A stretch of DNA of 54,482 bases from Anaerolineae bacterium (GCA_027002405.1 JALWZT010000212.1:1-54482); one strand, 5' to 3'. Numbered from the stretch's first letter, positions 25,393 to 33,898 are shown. Notes: generated from the sequence alone by a model not told the origin. Numbers and translations: made by a program.

Positions 25393-25533
25393 GTTTTTAC
25401 CACGAAGGCACAAAGTCACAAAGATATTCTAAATTTTGTCAAGAGGTAATTTGAGGCGAGGATTCGCCGACAAAGACACGAAGAAATTTTTTATTTTTCC
25501 CTTTGTGCCTTAGTGTCCTTAGTGGTTTTTGCC
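25393..25533. repeat. H-type long imperfect palindrome (copy H2)
   Basis: gtttttaccacgaaggcacaaagtcacaaag (25393-25423) ... gacaaagacacgaagaaa ... ctttgtgccttagtgtccttagtggtttttgcc (25501-25533). The arms are CACGAAG/CACAAAG-type units. Confidence 0.75.
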
Positions 25534-25603
25534 TTGCTATGAGAGGGTACGTGTATAGTTACATCAATCAATGGTTTATTCCGCCACAAGACTGCATGGA
25601 CAT

Positions 25604-26749
25604 TCAGGGGATGGTCAGACCGACATCTGCTTCGACCTGATGGCCGGGCTGCACGACAACGGTTTGTGGTTCGGGCGCAGCATAGGTCTGGTCCCTGGTG
25701 GGGAGGATGGTTATCCTGTATTCGCCCGGAGGCACATCAATGAACGCATACCATCCATTCTGGTCGGTGACCACGGTCAAAAGCGCCTTGCCCTCGGCAT
25801 TTTGGAGCGCCACCCGTATCCCCGGGATGGGGGTTTCGTGGGCCTGAGGCTGGCCATCCTGGTTGGTATCCTGCCACACCAGGCCGAAAATGAGTCCCCG
25901 TTGGGCCGTGGGCGTGGGCCAGGAGGAGGCCGGAGGGAAGAGGGCGCGCGGTTCGGCAGAGGAAGGTGTTCCTGTCGATTCGGGGGTGAGGCCGGGCGTT
26001 GGGGAAGGGGTAGCCTCTGGAGTCGTCGTGGGGGGCTGATTCAAATGGCTGAGGACTTGAGCCAGGTCTTGGACAAAACGATGGAGAAAGTCCGCATCTT
26101 GCTGGAAGTTGTTAACTGCGTCTCGCGTTTCTTGAAGCTGGGTTTCCAAATCGTGCAGGGTGGTTTCCAGCTCATCCTGGCGGGCTTGGAGTTCTTGCAC
26201 GTCCTCCTGGGTTTGCGTCAGGGTTTCTTTTTGGTCTGCAAGGCGGCTGTTGATGGCTTCTTGGGCTTTTTGTTGCTGCGCCATCTCCTGCGCGAGGGTA
26301 TCCAATTGGTTTTGAAGGGTCTCCACACGGGCATTGAGCTCCTTCACCGCTTGGTTCTGATGTTCCGCTTGCTCCATTAGTTTTTGGATTTGTTCCTCCA
26401 CGCGCTCTTGGGCCAGGGCAAGCTGGATGGTTTTATCCCGATCATTGAGGAGCAACGTGCCATTCAGGGCAAAGAGCAGGAGGAACACGAACACGGTAGC
26501 CAATACCATGCTGAGCAACACAATGAGTACATCGCGCAAACAGCCCCAGGGTGTCCACAGCGGCCCTGGCGTCGGAGGCTGAAGCGGAGGCGGACCTGCT
26601 TCCTCTTCAGGTTTATCGGAGGATGGCTCGGGCGCTTCGGGATGGATTTCCTCCGGAGAGAGCGGGGCGAAGGTCGTGTTCACCGGTCCGACCGTTACTT
26701 CTACATCCTCGGTTGGGGATGAGGTGGGTGGGGTTGTTTTTTCGTCCAT
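25604..26749 (-). CDS. membrane-anchored coiled-coil protein with a C-terminal SdrD-B/Cna-B-like beta-sandwich domain
   Basis: 381 aa. It has a Pro-rich N-terminus, one TM (VLIVLLSMVLATVFVFLLLFAL), about 150 aa of Q/E-rich heptad coiled coil, a Pro/Thr linker, then GLVWQDTNQDGQPQAHETPIPGIRVALQNAEGKALLTVVTDQNGWYAFIDVPPGEYRI. Confidence 0.7.
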   Translation of the reverse strand: MDEKTTPPTSSPTEDVEVTVGPVNTTFAPLSPEEIHPEAPEPSSDKPEEEAGPPPLQPPTPGPLWTPWGCLRDVLIVLLSMVLATVFVFLLLFALNGTLLLNDRDKTIQLALAQERVEEQIQKLMEQAEHQNQAVKELNARVETLQNQLDTLAQEMAQQQKAQEAINSRLADQKETLTQTQEDVQELQARQDELETTLHDLETQLQETRDAVNNFQQDADFLHRFVQDLAQVLSHLNQPPTTTPEATPSPTPGLTPESTGTPSSAEPRALFPPASSWPTPTAQRGLIFGLVWQDTNQDGQPQAHETPIPGIRVALQNAEGKALLTVVTDQNGWYAFIDVPPGEYRITILPTRDQTYAAPEPQTVVVQPGHQVEADVGLTIP

Positions 26750-26753
26750 GGGA

Positions 26754-27035
26754 CTGCTTTGTAAATAGAGTAATCAGTGATCAGTTATCAGTAATCAGTA
26801 GAGCCTCGCGACGTCATTCCGAGGGAGCGAAGCGACCGAGGCATGTCCTGAGCGCAGCCGAAGGAAATCTAGCGAAGCGCAAGAACCACCGCATGGCGCT
26901 CGCTTCGTTCGCTAGATGCTTCGCTCCCTCCGGTCGCTCAGCATGACGAATATCTGCGAAAATCTGCACTGCGAAGCATCTGCGAAAATCTGCGTCCTCA
27001 TTTTCATCGGTATCAGCGAGCCATGGATCGTGGCG
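26754..27035. repeat. modular intergenic repeat locus R5 (terminus, D, third core type, E, linker)
   Basis: ctgctttgtaaatag 26754-26768. NATCAGT x4 26772-26799. The core palindrome is gtcattccgagggagcgaagcgaccgagg ... tctagcgaagcg/cgcttcgttcgctaga ... gcttcgctccctccggtcgctcagcatgac (26811-26947). ATCTGCG arrays 26952-26996. Linker ttttcatcggtatcagcgagc follows. Confidence 0.85.
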
Positions 27036-27040
27036 CCCGC

Positions 27041-27481
27041 TCAGATTTCGCGCTCATCCTCTTCATCCATAAGAAAGAAGATGCCCGCAAAGAAAATGAT
27101 GAGAAAGGCGGTGAGGGCCATGAAAGGAATGGTGATGAACCCTGCCAGGTTCACCCAGGTGGTGGTACAGGGGATGCCTGTGTCGCAGACCGCGCTGTGG
27201 GAAAAGAGAGGGGTTTTCTGGAGCAGATAATGGTAACTGGATACCAGTGTTCCCAGGATGGTGAAGGGCAAGACATAATGGAAAACACCCTGGTCTCTAC
27301 GTAGCAGCCCGATAAGCAGGATGAGCGCGAGGGGATACATGAGTATCCGTTGGTACCAGCACAGGCTACACGGGATAAAATGGAGTCCTTCGCTTAAATA
27401 AAGACTGCCCAGGGTGGCTGCCCAGGCTGCTGCCAGGGCGATCAGGATGGCGATGGTGCGGTGTGTGGAGAAACGGTGAAT
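27041..27481 (-). CDS. DsbB/BdbC-family disulfide bond formation protein; probable non-canonical ATT (or ATC) start
   Basis: The ATG ORF (27041..27340) starts at ...MYPLALILL. The in-frame upstream sequence reads IHRFSTHRTIAILIALAAAWAATLGSLYLSEGLHFIPCSLCWYQRIL, with no ATG, GTG or TTG back to the in-frame TGA. That stretch carries TM1 and the CxxC, and aligns with the Bacillus BdbC N-terminus as I recall it. AGGAGG (27488-27493) lies 6 nt upstream of ATT (27479-27481). Confidence 0.6.
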   Translation of the reverse strand: MHRFSTHRTIAILIALAAAWAATLGSLYLSEGLHFIPCSLCWYQRILMYPLALILLIGLLRRDQGVFHYVLPFTILGTLVSSYHYLLQKTPLFSHSAVCDTGIPCTTTWVNLAGFITIPFMALTAFLIIFFAGIFFLMDEEDEREI

Positions 27482-27491
27482 GATGGGCCTC

Positions 27492-27715
27492 CTGCTTTGT
27501 AAATAGGATTCGGATCAGGATTAGGATCGGGATTAGGATTCGGATTGAAGATCGTCAGGACTACGTTGGGCTGGAGAGCAACGGGCGTGATGCGTGAAAC
27601 GTGAAACGTGAGAACCTTACGCATCACGCATTACGCATCCCGGGCTCGGCTTCCCGCGCCAGCCTGGCCGCGAGGTGTTTTCCTCTGTATCGACGAACAG
27701 GCGTTCGTGGCAAAA
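27492..27715. repeat. modular intergenic repeat locus R6 (terminus, A, B/C, linker)
   Basis: ctgctttgtaaatag 27492-27506. Hexamers 27505-27547. Then gatcgtcaggactacgttgggctggagagcaacgggcgtgatgcgtgaaacgtgaaacgtgagaaccttacgcatcacgcattacgcat...ccagcctggccgcgaggtgttttcctctgtatcgacg. Confidence 0.9.
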
Positions 27716-27717
27716 GT

Positions 27718-28218
27718 TCAGGCTATCTCCTGCCGGGCGATGGGGGCCACCCGGGCCCCGGTGAGCTGGATGAAGTCTTGTGGGGCCAAGACAACCTGCA
27801 TGCCTCGTATGCCCGCGCTCATGGCAATCTGCTCAAATTCCAATGCGCTGGTATCCAGGATGACATGAAAGCCCTTGTTGAGCAAGGCCAGGGCGCTGAT
27901 ACCCCCTTTTTTGAGCCCGGTCATTTTTTCGGCTTCGGCCAAAGGGGCCATGCGCGCCTTTTTGGCTCCCACGGCCCGGGCCAGCGCTTTCAAATCGAGC
28001 TCTCTATCCGCGGGGAGCACGGCCAGGGTGGGTTTGGTTTTGTCGGGCAACGTAACCAGGGTCTTAAAAACCTGGTGCGCGGGCATGCCGATTCCTGCTG
28101 CCACCTCGGGCGCGGAGACGAAAACGTCGGGATCATACGTGTGATACGTATGGGGGATCTTTTTGCTTTCCAGCAGGCGTAAGACGAGGGGTTTGGCGGT
28201 TTTTTTCTTTTTGGCCAT
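27718..28218 (-). CDS. ybaK: YbaK/EbsC-type Cys-tRNA(Pro) deacylase
   Basis: 166 aa. MAKKKKTAKPLVLRLLESKKIPHTYHTYD ... VFKTLV ... GGISALAL has a YbaK-like layout. Confidence 0.8.
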   Translation of the reverse strand: MAKKKKTAKPLVLRLLESKKIPHTYHTYDPDVFVSAPEVAAGIGMPAHQVFKTLVTLPDKTKPTLAVLPADRELDLKALARAVGAKKARMAPLAEAEKMTGLKKGGISALALLNKGFHVILDTSALEFEQIAMSAGIRGMQVVLAPQDFIQLTGARVAPIARQEIA

Positions 28219-28358
28219 GGTCTCATTATAGCACAGACTCGGTAGCAGCTCCGCCAGCCTTGGACAGGGGATGATGGCATCCCAGAAATTTGGCGTTTGC
28301 CACGCCCTCCCTCCCCCATAATTTCTCCATGTTCCCGAGGTTAGGGTAAACTAAACTT

Positions 28359-28910
28359 ATGACTACCACTGCATTTGACACCCCCAAGCTCCCCGGGCTC
28401 AATATCAGCATCGGTTCCTTTCTTCCCCGCATACTATTGCCCAGTTCCGAAGGCATGGAACTGGCGCCGATTGACATGGTGGAGCCGGGCGCGTTGGGCG
28501 TTTGCATCTATAACCCGGCCCGGGTGAATCCTTTCCCCCTTCCCCCTCCGGGGATGGATTATCCAAGCCGGTTGGCCATGTTGGAGGATCGGGGCATCGA
28601 TCTTTTCGTGATCAGTGGGTTGCCCTTGCCCAAGTTAGCAAGTTGGACCGAGCTTCTTGGGCTCGAGATCCCCTATCTCAGCGATGCGCAAGGCCTCTTT
28701 AGCGCGGAGGTGGGGATTCCCATTAAGCAAGTTGCGGAACGTCGATTCCGCACCCACGCGGCCTTTATTCTTCATGAAGACCGGGTGCTCAGCATGCTCC
28801 TGGAAGCGGACCTGGCCCATCGGTTTGAGGATGTGTTGACGGCTTTGGATGTGGCGGAGGGGCGGGAGCCCGGCGTGTATCATCTGCCTGATCAACCTAC
28901 GTATCGCTAG
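28359..28910 (+). CDS. thioredoxin-fold, peroxiredoxin (AhpC/TSA/BCP)-like protein with a degenerate active site
   Basis: 183 aa. The layout L-x-D...GALGVCIY...GIDLFVISG...LASW...LEIPYLSDAQGLFSAEVGI...RTHAAFILHEDRVL follows BCP-type peroxiredoxins. I do not see the PxxxTxxC catalytic motif. Confidence 0.5.
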   Translation: MTTTAFDTPKLPGLNISIGSFLPRILLPSSEGMELAPIDMVEPGALGVCIYNPARVNPFPLPPPGMDYPSRLAMLEDRGIDLFVISGLPLPKLASWTELLGLEIPYLSDAQGLFSAEVGIPIKQVAERRFRTHAAFILHEDRVLSMLLEADLAHRFEDVLTALDVAEGREPGVYHLPDQPTYR

Positions 28911-28921
28911 TTTGGCAAACC

Positions 28922-29695
28922 ATGGCCCTTTCCTCGCTACCTCGTCTGGTGGGTTTGAGAACCTATGTGGACGATCTCGAGGTCGTTCATGCGTTTTGGC
29001 GACGCCATTTCCTTCTGGATTTTCAGGAAAAAGGGGATGTTTTACAAGCCCGCTTGGGGGATGTGGTTTGGGAGCAGATTGCGGGGGGGCGATTTTGTGG
29101 AGTGCGTGGGCCTCATGGTGCACTCCCTGCGTTGGCAATTGATGATTTCGGCCATGCGCGCGGGCATCTTATCGCTGCCGGGATCCCCATCGTGTTCGAA
29201 GAAATGGTGCCCGGGCTGAATCTCCTCATTTTTCTGGACCCTGCCCACAATCCTTTTGAATTGGCCCAGGAAACCGACCCTGATCAATGGGATATCCGTC
29301 AGCGTAAAGCTCTACGCACTCGAAGGCGTCAGGACGCGGCCAGGCCCGACCCTATCCCCTTGCATGGCGTGGCCGAACTGACCATTTACACCCACGAGGT
29401 CACCGCCAGCGTGCATTTTTATCGAGACCTCTTGGGCCTGCCGGTAGGGCTTTCTTATTTCGCTCACGTCCATTTGGCTGCGGAGAATGTGGCTGTGGTC
29501 CTGCGTACCACCCGTTGGCGCTGCAAGGCGCCCGCGCAGCGCCATGGCACCCTACCCATCTTCGCCTTGCCAGACCTTCCATCGGTCCTAAAACGCCTCC
29601 GCGAAGCGGGATTTCCCCCTCAGCGGGCCCAGCAAGGCTGGGAGGTGAGGGATCCGGCCGGGGTGCTTATCGGCTTAAGGGAGGATCAGGATTAG
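28922..29695 (+). CDS. two-domain VOC (glyoxalase/bleomycin-resistance/dioxygenase) family protein
   Basis: 257 aa with two beta-alpha-beta-beta-beta-like halves (LRTYVDDLEVVHAFWRRHFLLDF; ELTIYTHEVTASVHFYRDLLGLPV). The last codons and the stop lie in the hexamer module (gaggatcaggattag). Confidence 0.6.
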   Translation: MALSSLPRLVGLRTYVDDLEVVHAFWRRHFLLDFQEKGDVLQARLGDVVWEQIAGGRFCGVRGPHGALPALAIDDFGHARGHLIAAGIPIVFEEMVPGLNLLIFLDPAHNPFELAQETDPDQWDIRQRKALRTRRRQDAARPDPIPLHGVAELTIYTHEVTASVHFYRDLLGLPVGLSYFAHVHLAAENVAVVLRTTRWRCKAPAQRHGTLPIFALPDLPSVLKRLREAGFPPQRAQQGWEVRDPAGVLIGLREDQD

Positions 29696-29866
29696 GGGTA
29701 GGATTTAGGGCATGATGCATTTTCGACTCCAGGAAACTTGACAAATGCTGCCAGGTCTTTCGTAGCAAGATAGTCGATATTGGGTATTTGATATTGGGTA
29801 TTCAAATCATCCCAGAACAGGGAAAAATATCCAATATCCAGTATCCATGCCTCTAATTTGTCAAGC
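29681..29866. repeat. modular intergenic repeat locus R7 (A hexamers plus an F-type TGGATAT palindrome bounded by a perfect 10-nt IR)
   Basis: aggatcaggattaggggtaggatttaggg 29681-29710. IR cttgacaaat (29737-29746) pairs with atttgtcaag (29856-29865). It encloses gatattgggtatttgatattgggtattc ... atatccaatatccagtatcc. Confidence 0.8.
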
Positions 29867-29896
29867 TACAAAGCGTCCGTGTGAACCACGCCGGAT

Positions 29897-30631
29897 TTAG
29901 TGACTGCTGTCCAAATCAAAAGGATGGGGTTTGCCCTGGTAGATGTTATCCAGGATACGCGTCTCCCGATCCTGGATGGCATTGAGAAATTTATCCGCTT
30001 TGCCCATATGGCGGAACGCGTTATATCCTTCTTCCAGAAAATCTTGCAACTCTTTCCACCCTGCATGATAGGCTGGCCCTCGGGCCATGCGCAGTGTCCA
30101 GCCAATAAGCCGGTGTCGAACCAGTTTTTCCAAATCCCGTCCAATCTCAACCACCATCTCGATCTGTTTGACGCGTTCGTCGTAGTTGTCGCATAACCGA
30201 TAGGCCTCGGCATACTGTTCTTCGCTGATACTGTTGGTGATGCCGATTTGATGCACAAGCACATCCAACAACTTTGCGTCCAGTTCTTCGGTTAAATTAT
30301 TTAATTCGATGGCTTTGGTCAAGGTTCTTAGCGCCCGGGCTGGAATGAAACGCGACATAAACTCATGGACTCGTAAGATATCTTGATTGCGTTGAGAGAA
30401 ATCCTTGGGCGCGTAAATGTTTTCCAGGAAAAAGCGGCACGCAGGCGCATAGCGAGGATCGGCCAGAAAATCTGCGTATGTGCGGGCCAACCGCTGGGCC
30501 TGCCAGGCTCGCAGCAAGGCCAATTCAGGCGGCAGTTGGCCTCCTTCTACTCGTTGATGACTGAGTTCACGATGTTTGCGCAAGGCCGCGACCAGGCGAG
30601 CGGCATCGCGAGGCGAAAGGGCATCGGTCAT
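29897..30631 (-). CDS. conserved hypothetical protein
   Basis: 244 aa and helical. WQAQRLARTYADFLADPRYAPACRFFLENIYAPKDFSQRNQD resembles a conserved uncharacterised family that I cannot name. Confidence 0.6.
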   Translation of the reverse strand: MTDALSPRDAARLVAALRKHRELSHQRVEGGQLPPELALLRAWQAQRLARTYADFLADPRYAPACRFFLENIYAPKDFSQRNQDILRVHEFMSRFIPARALRTLTKAIELNNLTEELDAKLLDVLVHQIGITNSISEEQYAEAYRLCDNYDERVKQIEMVVEIGRDLEKLVRHRLIGWTLRMARGPAYHAGWKELQDFLEEGYNAFRHMGKADKFLNAIQDRETRILDNIYQGKPHPFDLDSSH

Positions 30632-30757
30632 GATATGATCTGTCTCATCACGTCTGTGTGGTTTTTTATCGCGGCTAACCTCCCTATTTCAGCATAGAAA
30701 GCGCTGATTGTACAATTTCGCTTGAGGTTTTGATCAAGAACGTCAGGATCCCTCATC

Positions 30758-31624
30758 ATGTCTCAAGCTTCTCCATCTTATATCCTTGTCACGGGGGCGG
30801 GCGGTAAGACCGGTCGGCATGTCATCGCTGCCCTCATCGCCCGCGGGGTACGGGTGCGGGCCTGGGTTCATAATCCCTCAAAGGCTCCCACCTGGCCCGC
30901 GCATCAGGTCGATATTTTTGCGGGGGACCTGATGGAACCCGAGCTCTGGGTTCGGGCCCTAGCTGGGGTGGACGCGGTTTACCATATCCCACCCAACATG
31001 TTCTCCCATGAAGAGGCTCTGGGCGAATTGGCTATAGCTTCAGCGGCACGCGCGGGGGTGAGCCGTTTTGTCTATCATTCGGTGCTTCACCCTCAAGCAG
31101 AGGCCATGCCCCACCATTGGCACAAAATGCGGGTGGAAGAGCGCCTCTTTGCCTCCAGACTGGCTTATACGATTCTCCAACCCACGGCTTACATGCAGAA
31201 TCTGGCCGCGGCCTGGCCCGCGATCCGGGATCAAGGGGTGCTGCGGCAGCCCTACTCGCCCGAATCTCGCATCAGCCTTGTCCACCTGGCTGATGTCGCG
31301 GAGGCCGCGGTCCGGGTGCTGCTGGAGCCAGGCCATGATTTCGCTATCTACGAGCTCGTGGGCACGCCGCCTCTTTCTCAGCATGACGTCGCGGCCGTGT
31401 TCGCCCGGGTGTTGGGGCGTCCTGTTCGCTCAGAACGATTAGACCTGGACACCTGGTCCCGACGAGCCCAAGGGTTAAGCCCTTATGCCCGGGAGACTTT
31501 GCTCAAAATGTTCCAGTATTACGATCAGTATGGTCTGACCGGCAATCCCAATGTGCTGCAATGGCTCTTGGGGCGCCCTCCCACTCCTCTGCAAGCTTAC
31601 ATTCGCACCTTGGCAAGCTCATAA
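30758..31624 (+). CDS. NmrA-like / atypical SDR NAD(P)-binding protein
   Basis: 288 aa with the Rossmann motif ILVTGAGGKTGRHVIAALIARG. Confidence 0.8.
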   Translation: MSQASPSYILVTGAGGKTGRHVIAALIARGVRVRAWVHNPSKAPTWPAHQVDIFAGDLMEPELWVRALAGVDAVYHIPPNMFSHEEALGELAIASAARAGVSRFVYHSVLHPQAEAMPHHWHKMRVEERLFASRLAYTILQPTAYMQNLAAAWPAIRDQGVLRQPYSPESRISLVHLADVAEAAVRVLLEPGHDFAIYELVGTPPLSQHDVAAVFARVLGRPVRSERLDLDTWSRRAQGLSPYARETLLKMFQYYDQYGLTGNPNVLQWLLGRPPTPLQAYIRTLASS

Positions 31625-31686
31625 TAACAAATGCTGCTGTTCCCTAGGCCCTGGATGCTGTCGAGGCCCAAGACCTGGAAATCCCC

Positions 31687-32355
31687 ATGTCATCTGTTCC
31701 CGTGCTCATTTTAGCCTCTGCTTCCCCTCGTCGCCGCCAACTTTTGGTTGCGCTGGGATTGCCCTTTCGCGTCGATGCGGTGGATATCGATGAGGGACAG
31801 CTTCCCGGCGAATCGCCCCTGGCCTATGTCTTACGTCTGGCTCGGGCCAAGGCGCAGGCCGCGGCTCGGAAACATCCCCATGCCATCATTCTGGCTGCGG
31901 ACACCATTGTGGTGCATCGCGGGGAGGTTTTGGGGAAGCCTTCCAGCTCTGAAGAGGCTCGGACCATGTTACGCCGTCTGCGCGGGGCGTCGCATCATGT
32001 GATGACCGCGGTGGCCGTGGCCCATGAGGGGGATTTGCACACAGGTTTGGAGCTTTCTCGCGTGGTGATGCGGTCGTACTCCGACAAAGAAATCAACGCG
32101 TATGTGGATTCTGGTGAGCCGATGGACAAGGCCGGGGCGTATGCCATTCAGGATCCTCGCTTTCGGCCAGTGGCCCGATGGGAGGGCTGTTTTGCCAGCA
32201 TCATGGGGCTCCCTTTGGGAGTTGCTGCGGATTTGCTCCGGCGAGTCGGCTTGGAGCCCGAGCCTTATTGGTCGCAGCGCTGTGCGGTCATCACCGGGCA
32301 TAACTGTCGGTGTCATCTCGGGCGTAGAGAGGGGCCGTTGGTTGACGGGGAATAA
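31687..32355 (+). CDS. maf: Maf-like nucleoside triphosphate pyrophosphatase
   Basis: 222 aa: VLILASASPRRRQLLVALGLPFRV ... ILAADTIV ... KAGAYAIQ. It has a C-terminal ~30-aa extension. Confidence 0.9.
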   Translation: MSSVPVLILASASPRRRQLLVALGLPFRVDAVDIDEGQLPGESPLAYVLRLARAKAQAAARKHPHAIILAADTIVVHRGEVLGKPSSSEEARTMLRRLRGASHHVMTAVAVAHEGDLHTGLELSRVVMRSYSDKEINAYVDSGEPMDKAGAYAIQDPRFRPVARWEGCFASIMGLPLGVAADLLRRVGLEPEPYWSQRCAVITGHNCRCHLGRREGPLVDGE

Positions 32356-32356
32356 G

Positions 32357-32525
32357 CTGCTATGTAAATAGGATTCGGATCAGGATTAGGATTGAGGTCG
32401 TCAGGCCGACGTTGAGCGAGGCGACAACGGGCGTGATGCGTGAAACATGAAACGTGAGAACCTCACGCATCACGCATTACGCATTACGTTTCGCGGCTCA
32501 CCAACCTGGCTGCGAGGCGTTGTTA
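32357..32525. repeat. modular intergenic repeat locus R8 (terminus, A, B/C)
   Basis: ctgctatgtaaatag 32357-32371 starts 1 nt after the maf stop. Hexamers 32370-32398. Then gtcgtcaggccgacgttgagcgaggcgacaacgggcgtgatgcgtgaaacatgaaacgtgagaacctcacgcatcacgcattacgcattacg...ccaacctggctgcgaggcg. Confidence 0.9.
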
Positions 32526-32572
32526 TTGGGGGTGAAAATTTGAAAAAAATTCATCTTTTTTCCAAAAAGGGG

Positions 32573-32601
32573 TTGTCAAATGGTGTTTTTTCTGCTACAA
32601 T
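32573..32601 (+). promoter_or_regulatory. candidate strong sigma-70-type promoter (extended -10)
   Basis: TTGTCA (32573-32578), a 17-nt spacer, then TGC-TACAAT (TACAAT 32596-32601). An A/T-rich UP-like tract lies upstream (gaaaatttgaaaaaaattcatcttttttccaaaaagg). Confidence 0.45.
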
Positions 32602-33606
32602 ATGTTAAGTTTCCGTTCCGGTGTCTCAAACTATGTTTCATGTGAAACATGGTTGAGTCGCTGGGGGGAGACAAATCTCTGTTTCCACGAGGTGCCATTG
32701 ACATCATCACCGCATCCTGTCAAAATTATCAGCTATGAAGGGAGTACATACAAAACCGATTTTTGGGAAGGACAAGGGCGAGAGTTCGAGGATCGTACGG
32801 AGCGTCTGGCTCTGCGTCAGTTGTTACCTGCCTCGGGCCACACCTTGATCGAGGTTGGAGCAGGTTTCGGGCGCCTGGCTGATCTTTATCAAGGTTATCA
32901 GCGGGTTATTTTGGTGGATTATTCCACCACATTGTTATCCGAGGCCCGGGAACATCTGGGCCATGATGCTCGTTATATGTATGTGGCCGCAAACGTGTAT
33001 CATTTGCCCTTTGTGGATCATGTGGCGGATGTTGTGGTGATGATTCGGGTGGCTCACCATTTGGCTGCTGTGGATTTGGCCTTGGCGGAGATTTACCGGG
33101 TGATGCAGGGCGGGCGCCCATTCATTATGGAGTTCGCCAACAAGCGTCATCTCAAAGCCATTGTTCGGTATGCCCTGGGTAAGCAGCCGTGGAGTCCCTT
33201 TGACCCCTTCCCTTATGAGTTTGTCCCCCTGAATTTTGATTTTCATCCCTCGTGGATGCGTCAGCAATTGATGGCGGCTGGATTCCGTGTGGAACGCGAG
33301 TTGGCCATCTCGCATTTTCGTCTGCCTGCTCTCAAGCGTCGTATTCCTCCCCAATGGCTGGCCCGTTTGGACAACGCTTTGGCTGGCCCTGGGGCGTGGT
33401 TGAAATTAAGCCCCAGTGTGTTGACCAAAAATGTGGCTCTGAAACCCCCGACAAGCCCGGCTGGTTTTCTGCGTTGCCCTGCTTGCGGCTCTCAAAGATT
33501 GGTCGCTGACGGCTCTCAGCACACATGTCAGGAATGCGGGCGGTCGTGGCCCATCCGTGATGGGATTTTTGATTTCCGCTATCCTCGACCGGAGGATGCC
33601 CCTTGA
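32602..33606 (+). CDS. class I SAM-dependent methyltransferase with a C-terminal Trm112-like zinc ribbon; true start uncertain
   Basis: SAM motif LIEVGAGFGRLADLY...VILVDYS. C-terminus RCPACGSQRLVADGSQHTCQECGRSWPIRDGIFDF. ATG 32602 abuts the candidate -10 box, so the real start may be an in-frame TTG or GTG at 32653, 32692 or 32698. Confidence 0.75.
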   Translation: MLSFRSGVSNYVSCETWLSRWGETNLCFHEVPLTSSPHPVKIISYEGSTYKTDFWEGQGREFEDRTERLALRQLLPASGHTLIEVGAGFGRLADLYQGYQRVILVDYSTTLLSEAREHLGHDARYMYVAANVYHLPFVDHVADVVVMIRVAHHLAAVDLALAEIYRVMQGGRPFIMEFANKRHLKAIVRYALGKQPWSPFDPFPYEFVPLNFDFHPSWMRQQLMAAGFRVERELAISHFRLPALKRRIPPQWLARLDNALAGPGAWLKLSPSVLTKNVALKPPTSPAGFLRCPACGSQRLVADGSQHTCQECGRSWPIRDGIFDFRYPRPEDAP

Positions 33607-33608
33607 GA

Positions 33609-33812
33609 AGTTTCACGTGAAACGGGCGCCGCGCACGGCAGCTCGCCGATGCCGAGGAAAAGGGAACGCAGATTTGCGCAGGTGCGACGCAGATTTCCAC
33701 TGATTACTGATCGCTGATCACTGATTACTCGTGCTTGCGCCAAACCTCGACCTGACAATCCTCAATCCTAATCCTAATCCTAATCCTAATCCTGATCCTA
33801 TTTACGGAAAAG
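33609..33812. repeat. modular intergenic repeat locus R9 (inverted orientation: linker, E, D, A, terminus)
   Basis: gtttcacgtgaaac palindrome. gctcgccgatgccgaggaaaagg. gaacgcagatttgcgcaggtgcgacgcagatttcc. ACTGATN x4 33699-33729. CCTAAT-type hexamers 33757-33797. ctatttacggaaaag 33798-33812. Confidence 0.85.
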
Positions 33813-33898
33813 AAACCTTTTTGCCTTTTTTGTCATCCTAAACGCAAGGCAGTGTTAAAGCCAAGGTTTGTAGCTATGCGCGTTCCCTCTCATGATAA

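Noticed and set aside
26811-26947. The gtcattccgagggagcgaagcgaccgagg-type sequence might be a gene fragment, or a separate widely distributed palindromic element.
   Set aside because: It forms a long hairpin with its partner at 26917-26947 and occupies the core slot of composite R5. I therefore treat it as one more core variant rather than a separate feature. Its resemblance to palindromic elements in other phyla is from memory only and is unverified.
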